Source of the DNA: Candidatus Micrarchaeaceae archaeon
Lineage (GTDB): Bacteria > Chloroflexota > Dormibacteria > Dormibacterales > Dormibacteraceae
DNA length: 64,000 nt
Assembly: GCA_035534555.1 (NCBI GenBank)
Contig: DATLRQ010000163.1
Span: 19,446 to 83,445 of the forward strand
Reading direction: 5' to 3'
The notes beneath the pieces are model-generated. The model saw nothing but the letters and a program-made list of their open reading frames with translations, searched no databases and was not told the origin of the DNA. Made by a program: the position numbers and the translations under genes. Below, piece by piece: positions 57,929 through 64,000 of the stretch. How positions within the stretch are numbered: the first letter of the stretch is position 1; every line of letters starts with the position of its first letter.

Positions 57929-58171
57929 ATGAGGCGCACCACGCTGATGCTTCCGGACGACCTGGCTCGCGTGGTTGAGGCCGAGCGCAGGCGCCGAGAT
58001 ATCTCCACCGCGGAATTGGTTAGGCTCGCGCTGCGCAGTTACCTGGGCCTGACCGGGAACCGGCCCCGGCGGGTACCGTTCGCAGCGCTGGGGCGAAGTG
58101 GACGCACCGACACGTCTGAGAAGGTCGAGGAGATTCTCGAGCGCGAGTGGGGGCGACGCCGCGACGATTAG
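57929..58171 (+). CDS. vapB: ribbon-helix-helix antitoxin (VapB-type)
   Basis: 80 aa. MRRTTLMLPDDLARVVEAERRRRDISTAELVRLALRSYL is an RHH fold signature. Lies directly upstream of the PIN gene. Confidence 0.75.
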   Translation: MRRTTLMLPDDLARVVEAERRRRDISTAELVRLALRSYLGLTGNRPRRVPFAALGRSGRTDTSEKVEEILEREWGRRRDD

Positions 58172-58621
58172 CCTGGCGATCGTCGATACCGGGCCCCTGT
58201 ACGCAGCGGTCGATGCGTCGGACGCCAATCACCAGCGGGCGCTGGCGGTGCTGCAGGATCGGTCGGTGCGTCTGTTGGTGCCGGCGCTGGTGGTCGCTGA
58301 AGCGACCTACCTGGTCGGAACCAGGCTTGGTCCGCCGGCCGAAGCCGGCTTCCTGCGAGGGCTTCGAGAGTTCGACGTGATGAGCCCGGCTGGCGAGGAC
58401 TGGTCACGCATGGCCGAACTGGTGGAACGGTACGGGGATTTCCCGCTCGGGGGAACCGACGCCTCGATTGTGGCGCTGGCCGAGCGCATCGGTACGGACG
58501 TCGTGGTCAGTTTTGACCGGCGTCACCTGGGAGTTGTGCGGTCGCGAGCGGGACAAGCCTTCAAGTTGATCCCCAGCTGACCATCGGAGTTGCACGCCAC
58601 GACAGAATTCGAAAAGTATCT
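58081..58621 (+). repeat. copy A (intact) of a ~0.5-kb direct repeat covering the vapB 3' end and vapC
   Basis: Aligns by eye with 62544-63034, for example GCAGCGGTCGATG.GTCGGACGCCAATCACCA and GGTACGGACGTCGTGGTCAGTTTTGACCGGCGTCAC. Confidence 0.8.
58173..58580 (+). CDS. vapC: PIN-domain toxin (VapC-type)
   Basis: Acidic PIN residues in IVDTGPL, VVAEATY, GGTDASIVALA and VSFDRRH. The start is uncertain: GTG 58098 would overlap vapB by 74 nt, whereas CTG 58173 follows the vapB stop directly. Confidence 0.75.
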   Translation: MAIVDTGPLYAAVDASDANHQRALAVLQDRSVRLLVPALVVAEATYLVGTRLGPPAEAGFLRGLREFDVMSPAGEDWSRMAELVERYGDFPLGGTDASIVALAERIGTDVVVSFDRRHLGVVRSRAGQAFKLIPS

Positions 58622-58691
58622 TCGCGGCGGCGGCTGCGGGCGGGCGGGTAATTCGAGACCACGGTCGGGCGGGCTGCACGCACGCCTGGGA

Positions 58692-60644
58692 TCACCACTG
58701 TCTGTCGGCTGAAAGCTTGAGCAGCCGCTTCATGGCGTCGGCCGCGGCAACCACTGCCGACGGCTCGGCACCTTGGTCGGCCGCAGCGGTTTCGCGCGTC
58801 CGGATGATGCCTGCTCGCCGAGCGATCAATGCGCCGAGAGCTGCGGCCAGGACCCCGGGCGGAAGCTGTGTCAGCTCGGGTTCGCCAGCAATGCGCTGCC
58901 ACGCCGCCAGGCAGCGGGCGACCAGAGGCAGGCCGAACTTGGGCAGGTCCACCTGCCACAGAAGCGCCCCGACCGGGTCGAGCGCTGCCCTCGGCGCGGG
59001 GGCACCTTCGTAGATTGCTTCTGCCGGCAGAATTGCCCATCGGGGAAGTCGTCCGTCCCAGGCGTCGAGCACGGGCAGGACTTCATCGACCGCAGGCCGG
59101 CCCGCATCCAGCCGCCATCGCAGCGTGAATGGGAAAGATCGCCGCCCAGCCACCACGCGCCCGGTCGTGGAGTGAAGCATGCCGGCGACCGGCTCAGCGG
59201 TCCGGAAGGTGCTCTCGGTCGGGAGCGCCCCGATCGGAATCCCGACCGCGCGTAAGGGCGCCTCGGCGCCATAGATGCGGTAGAGGGCCCGCAGCGGCGA
59301 GTGGACTCCTGCCCGTTTCCGCGGCCAGGAATCGCCCGCGGTGACAGCCTCCCAGAAGTCACCGCCGAGCTTGTCGCCTGTGCGAAGGATCCGGCGCCGC
59401 TGCTGCGCAAGTTCCTCCAAGTGTTTGGCGTGATCCACCGCCTCAGTCGGCGCAGCCTTGAGGGCGACATGATGGACAGCACGGGCCCGACCTGCCAGGG
59501 CGCCTGAAGACGCAATAGATGGGGCGGCAGGTTCAGGTTTCGGCGCCGGCTCCGACGCACGCGGTGGCGAGCCGGCCGGCTGAATGTCCTGCACTGGCCG
59601 GCCCATGCAGGCCCGGCACCCCAGCCGATCCTTGCCGGCGATCAGAGGCGTCGGCTCTCCGCACGCAGGGCAGCGAAGCGGCGCAAAGCTCGCCGTGGGG
59701 AGCCACCAGACCAGCTCAAGCGCATACCCGCGGTCGCCCCGCCGCACCGTTACCGGCATGTACATGGCGGGCGCCCAGATGAGGTGCAGCCGCACAGGCC
59801 GGATCTCGAAGCGGGCTTGGAACTTGTCTTCGATCTCGCGCAGGCGGCGGGCGCGCTCCGCCCTCGTCGCCTGGGCCTGCGCGTCAAACATAGCCTGGCG
59901 TTCAGGCTGCGCTCCTTGTCGCCGTTCCGCGATCGATTCCAGGGCCGCGGCATAGAAGGCCTCCACCAACGCCCGCTCGTCTAGCAGGAGAGCAGCCGAA
60001 TGCTTGCCCAGGGTTTCGAGTCGTACGGCTGCGCGCTCCTCCAGGCGCGCGCTGGCCGCGAGCAGCGCGACATCAAAGCTGGGCTCAAGGGCAGGGTGCC
60101 CGGGCTTGCCGTCAAGACGGGGAGAAGTCCGCAGCCGACGCTCGAGGTCCGCTGGCAGTGGCAGCCCAGTACGCGCGTCGACCCATAGCTCCTCGAGTTC
60201 GTGGAAGTGGTCGTTGAGGCGATACGTGACCTGGACACCCACGCGCAACACCGGCACGTACCTGGGCACGGCTTCTCCGGAGGCGTCCAGGCGCCCGTGG
60301 TCGACTCCGATCTGATCGCGGGCGGCTGCCACCAGGCTGCCGGTCGCCGGCGCGGCCTTGGCCGACCAGGCCAGCCAGAGCGTGCCCGCGTCGCCCTGCG
60401 CCAGTACCGCGGCGGCGGCGGAGTCGAGTAGCGGATGTCCCGAGATCATGAGCTGAGCGCCGTCGTCGCGGGCCACGTCGGGGTCGGCTGTGATGGCGAT
60501 CTCCTCCGGGACGCCGAACCTCTCCTGCAGCGTACGCGGCAATAACATGAGCACCTTGTCGCCGCCGTCCTCGAGCAGGGCGCCCTCCTGCTCGGCGTAG
60601 CGCATCCAGAACGTTATCGCCGCCTCGCGAACGCGGGAGGTCAT
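58692..60644 (-). CDS. hypothetical 650-aa protein with a central zinc ribbon (CPACG-x14-CRAC); partner of the SNF2 ATPase
   Basis: Coherent long ORF whose ATG overlaps the SNF2 stop (ATGA at 60641-60644). No family motif recognised by eye. Confidence 0.7.
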   Translation of the reverse strand: MTSRVREAAITFWMRYAEQEGALLEDGGDKVLMLLPRTLQERFGVPEEIAITADPDVARDDGAQLMISGHPLLDSAAAAVLAQGDAGTLWLAWSAKAAPATGSLVAAARDQIGVDHGRLDASGEAVPRYVPVLRVGVQVTYRLNDHFHELEELWVDARTGLPLPADLERRLRTSPRLDGKPGHPALEPSFDVALLAASARLEERAAVRLETLGKHSAALLLDERALVEAFYAAALESIAERRQGAQPERQAMFDAQAQATRAERARRLREIEDKFQARFEIRPVRLHLIWAPAMYMPVTVRRGDRGYALELVWWLPTASFAPLRCPACGEPTPLIAGKDRLGCRACMGRPVQDIQPAGSPPRASEPAPKPEPAAPSIASSGALAGRARAVHHVALKAAPTEAVDHAKHLEELAQQRRRILRTGDKLGGDFWEAVTAGDSWPRKRAGVHSPLRALYRIYGAEAPLRAVGIPIGALPTESTFRTAEPVAGMLHSTTGRVVAGRRSFPFTLRWRLDAGRPAVDEVLPVLDAWDGRLPRWAILPAEAIYEGAPAPRAALDPVGALLWQVDLPKFGLPLVARCLAAWQRIAGEPELTQLPPGVLAAALGALIARRAGIIRTRETAAADQGAEPSAVVAAADAMKRLLKLSADRQW

Positions 60645-62389
60645 CGGGCTTCCGTTGCCTCGCCGACCAGCGCATCTGTCTGGGCTCGGCTCTCGAGGTA
60701 GCCCTCTCGGGCGCGAGCAAGATCGTCCCCAAGCACCTCGAGGCGTCTGGCGAACTCGTCGTCGTGGGCGCTCTCGATGTGCGCCATGAAGACGGAGTGC
60801 TCGAAGTCGAACTCGTCGTCGATCCGCCCCAGTATCATGTCCAGCTCTCCCACCACCAGCTCAAAGAGGTTGATCCGCGCCTCCAGGACGTGCAGGATCC
60901 GCTCCTCGATGGTGCCCATGGAGACGAGGTTGTAGAGCTGGACCACGTGCTCCTGACCGATGCGGTGAATGCGGCCGAGTCGCTGTTCGATCCGCATCGG
61001 GTTCCAGGGCAGGTCGTAGTTGACCATGACGTGGCAGAACTGGAGGTTTCGTCCTTCTCCGCCCGCGTCGCTGCTGAACAGCACCGGCAGCTCGGCTTCG
61101 AAATCCCGGATCGCCGCCTCCTTTTGCTGGCGGCTCAGGCTGCCGTGGTAGACCGCATGGGGAAGTCCTTGTTGGGCTGCGAGATTGGAAAGGAAGTCGA
61201 GGGTTTGCCGGAACGCGGTGAACACGATCACTTTCTCGCCGGCCGCCAGATGCCGGCTGAGCAGGCCACCCAGGGCCCGTGCCTTCTCGGTCATCGTCAC
61301 AGCAGCCGCCTTCGTGGCCAACTCCTTCCAGCCCACAGTTTCCAGTGCGGTAGCAAGCGCCTGCGGGCTCGAGCCCGCCATTCGCTGCACCCCACGGAGG
61401 GCGAGCCTCTCCGCCGGCAGTGCCGCCCGGCCCCAAGCCCTTACCTGCTCAGATGTAAGCCGGTAGAGCTCCGCCTCCGCAGCGCCGGGTGCCACTCGAA
61501 AGCTCTCCGCCAGCCGGCGGGGCAGCATCATTGCAAGCTCGCTCCGCCGGTGCCGGATCATCACCTCCCGCACCCGGGCCTGGAGCGCCATCAAGTTGCT
61601 GACCGGCTCGACCCCGTGCAGCGAGCGGTGGCGCTTGTGGAACTCCTGTGGCGACCCCAGGTGGCCTGGGCGGATCAAGCTGACGAGTTGGAACAGGTCC
61701 TCCAGCCGGTTCTCCACAGGAGTGGCGGTAAGCAAGAGCAGATAGCGGGTGCGCAGTTCGCGCACCAAAGTCGCCGCCGCGCTGCGCGGATTCTTCAGGT
61801 GGTGCGCCTCGTCAACGATGACGAGGTCCCAGGCTCCGGCGGTGAGAGTCTCTCGGAGCGGAGACCGGCGCGCCGCGGCCAAGGATGCAACGACAACCGG
61901 ATTCTCGCCCGACCAGAACTCCGGCTCCCACGTTCCCCCCTTCAGCAGCAACGAGGGCAGAGCGAACTTGCGATCAAGCTCTTCCTGCCATTGCTCCAGC
62001 AGTCCGGTGGGGGCGAGGATCAAGGACTTCTCCGCAAGCCCGCGCAATCGAAGCTCACTCAGCACCAGGGCCGCCTCGATGGTCTTGCCAAGGCCAACCT
62101 CATCGGCCAGGATCGCCCGGCCGCGCATGTACCGGAGCGCGCGTTCCGCAGCTTGGAGCTGGTACCCAAAGGGTTCGAAGCGCAGCCTGGGCCGAGAGAT
62201 CAGGGTCTCGAAGCCCGGTCGTGCCCACACACCGAGCGCCTGGTCGACGAGGCTCGAGTCCTCTTCAGAAACCGGAACACCTTCTTGAAGGCGGAGCAGT
62301 AGGTTCTGGTAGCTCTTGGCCGCGCTGGGTGGCCCGCTCGATCCGGCTCCCCTGTCCACCACGTACCCGCTCGGTACCTCCTCGGTCAA
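60641..62389 (-). CDS. compact SNF2-family helicase/ATPase (RapA/HepA-like core only)
   Basis: 582 aa with a TTG start. Motifs ADEVGLGKT (I), DEAHHLKN (II), LLLTATPVENRLEDLF (III), GGEGRNLQ (V) and EQRLGRIHRIGQ (VI). Confidence 0.9.
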   Translation of the reverse strand: MTEEVPSGYVVDRGAGSSGPPSAAKSYQNLLLRLQEGVPVSEEDSSLVDQALGVWARPGFETLISRPRLRFEPFGYQLQAAERALRYMRGRAILADEVGLGKTIEAALVLSELRLRGLAEKSLILAPTGLLEQWQEELDRKFALPSLLLKGGTWEPEFWSGENPVVVASLAAARRSPLRETLTAGAWDLVIVDEAHHLKNPRSAAATLVRELRTRYLLLLTATPVENRLEDLFQLVSLIRPGHLGSPQEFHKRHRSLHGVEPVSNLMALQARVREVMIRHRRSELAMMLPRRLAESFRVAPGAAEAELYRLTSEQVRAWGRAALPAERLALRGVQRMAGSSPQALATALETVGWKELATKAAAVTMTEKARALGGLLSRHLAAGEKVIVFTAFRQTLDFLSNLAAQQGLPHAVYHGSLSRQQKEAAIRDFEAELPVLFSSDAGGEGRNLQFCHVMVNYDLPWNPMRIEQRLGRIHRIGQEHVVQLYNLVSMGTIEERILHVLEARINLFELVVGELDMILGRIDDEFDFEHSVFMAHIESAHDDEFARRLEVLGDDLARAREGYLESRAQTDALVGEATEAR

Positions 62390-62543
62390 ATGCAGGCCGC
62401 GGCCTCCATCAGATGGGGTTTGCCGCAGGCAGGCCGTCCGTCATGTTCGGCGCGAGTCTGGCTCTGCGGGCCCAAGAGAAGCGCGGCATGCGCAAACAAT
62501 TCTCACTGGTCTCCGTCTCCAATGGAGACCCTCGCCTTCCATG

Positions 62544-63034
62544 CACAGCGCTGGAGTGAAGCGGTCGTACCGCCAGGTCTGATAAGCGACCAGATTCTCG
62601 AACGCGAGGTGGGGGGCGGGGCCGCGACGAGCAGCCCGACCATCGCGATACCAGCTCCTGCATGCAGCGGTCGATGTGTCGGACGCCAATCACCAACGGT
62701 CGCTGGTAGTGCTGCAGGATCGGTCGGTGCGCCTGTTGGGCCGGCGCCGACGCGCTGGTGGTCACTGGAGCGACCTAGCTGGTCGGAACCGGTCTTGATT
62801 CGCCGGCCGAAGCAGGCTTCATACGATGGCTTCGAGAGTTCGACGTGGTGAGCCCGTCTGGCGAGGGACTGGTCACGCATGGCCGAACTGGAGGAACGGT
62901 GCGGGGACTTCCCGCTGGGGGGCCACCGATGCCTCGATCGTGGCGCTGCTCCAGCGCGTCGGTACGGACGTCGTGGTCAGTTTTGACCGGCGTCACAAGC
63001 CTTCAAGCTGATCATCAGAGTTCGAAAAGTATCT
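62544..63034 (+). pseudogene. decayed second copy of the vapB 3' end and vapC (copy B of the direct repeat)
   Basis: Homologous to 58081-58621 but carries a TAC-to-TAG nonsense change at 62776-62778, a 6-bp insertion, a ~28-bp deletion near the 3' end and frame breaks. The ORF track shows only fragments here. Confidence 0.7.
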
Positions 63035-63290
63035 ACGACACCCCGCTGGTTTTCGAAGGCAGGACTCTTGATCCCCTTCGCCACATCCTTGCATCCGCCT
63101 CGCGGGCCTTTCTGGCCCTCCTGCGAGGTCAGATCGAAGGGCGCATAGAGCCCGACTGCCAGGGGTCCGTCCTTCCAGGAGGGGTTCGAAACAACCCGCT
63201 GCAGAAGGTCGCTCGGATGGTAAAGGATCTACGAGCAAGCCGGAAGGGCGAGTTTACAAGGCGATCTGCGAGCCACGGATCATGAGGTCG

Positions 63291-63322
63291 CGGTTCGCGT
63301 TATATAAGCTTCGGCCCACCAC
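63291..63322. repeat. right att-like site (attR candidate)
   Basis: CGGTTCGCGTTATAT-aagctt-CGGCCCACCAC. The preceding GAGGTCGCGGTTCG resembles the tRNA T-arm sequence GAGGACGTGGTTCG at the left site. Confidence 0.5.
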
Positions 63323-63353
63323 GGTTCGCGCCCAAGAGTAGCCTCAATACGTT

Positions 63354-63998
63354 GTGAGACGGTTCCCCGCACTGCTCAATCGGGCGGTAACGATTGGCGG
63401 CGTGTTGTGGTCGGTCTCAATCGTCTTCTTTGTGAGTCAGGCGGTCGTGCAGGCGGCGTCCGTGAGTTCGTACAGCGTTGCGACCAATCTCATCAGCGAC
63501 CTCGGCAACACAGCGTGCGGACGAGAGATCTGCTCCCCATGGCACACCTTGATGAACGCGACTTTCGTCTTTGTCGGCTTGTGCCACGGCCTCGGCGCCA
63601 TCGCGACTCGACAATTGTGACCTCATATATCGGGCACCTTCGGCGTTGGCCTCTTCGCTGTGGCTGGGGTGGGCTTGATCGTGGCAGGCCTGGCGCCGGA
63701 GAATGTGAACGTTGAGGCTCACACTGCTGGGGCACTGATTGGCCGGTTCAGCCTCAACTTAGGCATGATTCTGCTGGGGTCAGTCATCGTGAACGTCCAG
63801 CGGTGGCTTGGAGTCATGGCGATGACGGCTGGATCTGTTGGCTTCATCGGCCTGGGCCTTTTTCTGAGTCAGGCGGGACCCGTCCCGCTCGGCGTAGCGG
63901 AGAGGATTGCAGACTATCCGGGCACTGTCATGGTCGTGGTGCTCGGGGTTTTCTTGCTCGTCGCGGTCCCACGGGGCGAAAGCACCCAGGCCACATAA
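63354..63998 (+). pseudogene. DUF998-family membrane protein interrupted by an in-frame TGA
   Basis: ORFs 63354..63620 and 63660..63998 are in the same frame and separated by TGA at 63618-63620. The joined product is a continuous multi-TM protein with ISDLGNTAC...CSPWHTLMN. Confidence 0.6.
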
Positions 63999-64000
63999 CA

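Larger units (their letters stand above)
54432..63322. mobile_element. ~8.9-kb integrative island bounded by att-like repeats, with a large serine recombinase at the left end
   Basis: An 11-bp direct repeat CGGCCCACCAC occurs at 54432-54442 and 63312-63322. Just inside each copy is a 15-bp inverted arm: ATATAACGCGAACCG (54448-54462) and CGGTTCGCGTTATAT (63291-63305). Cargo consists of recombinase, Fic, TA and helicase genes. Confidence 0.6.

Noticed and set aside
60764-62302. 512-aa ORF antisense to the SNF2 gene; similar cases are 15719..16756, 22224..23210, 30653..32125, 36453..37943, 43830..44984 and 51091..52110
   Set aside because: All have biased Arg/Pro/Gly/His composition and no recognisable motifs, and each lies opposite or out of frame to confidently identified genes.
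63618-63620. In-frame TGA in the DUF998 gene as selenocysteine or programmed recoding
   Set aside because: The protein is a membrane protein with no redox motif at the site, and no SECIS-like hairpin is evident immediately downstream. A nonsense mutation or sequencing error is more parsimonious.
1-64000. CRISPR arrays, rRNA genes, IS elements with terminal inverted repeats
   Set aside because: No regularly spaced direct repeats, rRNA-like conserved stretches or transposase ORFs were seen anywhere in the window.

Overview
High-GC bacterial chromosomal window, possibly from a Chloroflexota-, Dormibacterota- or Actinomycetota-like soil organism; the taxon is not determinable from this sequence alone. 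Positions 1-54.1 kb are densely packed housekeeping and accessory genes. They include a MarR-RND-MFS efflux cluster, an NfeD-flotillin pair, a stand-alone ATP-dependent DNA ligase, a NiCoT Ni/Co permease and an L-fuconate-dehydratase-like enzyme. They also include a class II (B12-dependent) ribonucleotide reductase gene interrupted by a LAGLIDADG intein, rmuC, dCMP deaminase and a complete 14-gene nuoA-N operon. Further along are OsmC, DedA, trmI, mdh, a ChlD/ChlI-type AAA+ chelatase pair and a MoxR-DUF58-transglutaminase triad. From about 54.4 to 63.3 kb lies an ~8.9-kb integrative island. Its left end is a tRNA 3'-end-like fragment next to a large serine recombinase, and both ends carry att-like repeats. 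The island carries Fic, a truncated replication-relaxation gene and an intact VapBC pair plus a decayed second copy. Between the two VapBC copies sits a translationally coupled operon of a compact SNF2 ATPase and an unassignable 650-aa zinc-ribbon protein. That operon is my best candidate for an undescribed, defence-like system. The other notable signal is a ~140-nt low-GC, foreign-codon patch inside nrdJ, exactly over the catalytic NPCSE loop. No rRNA genes, complete tRNA genes or CRISPR arrays were seen. All functional calls come from motif recognition by eye, and gene starts are often GTG/TTG and therefore uncertain.
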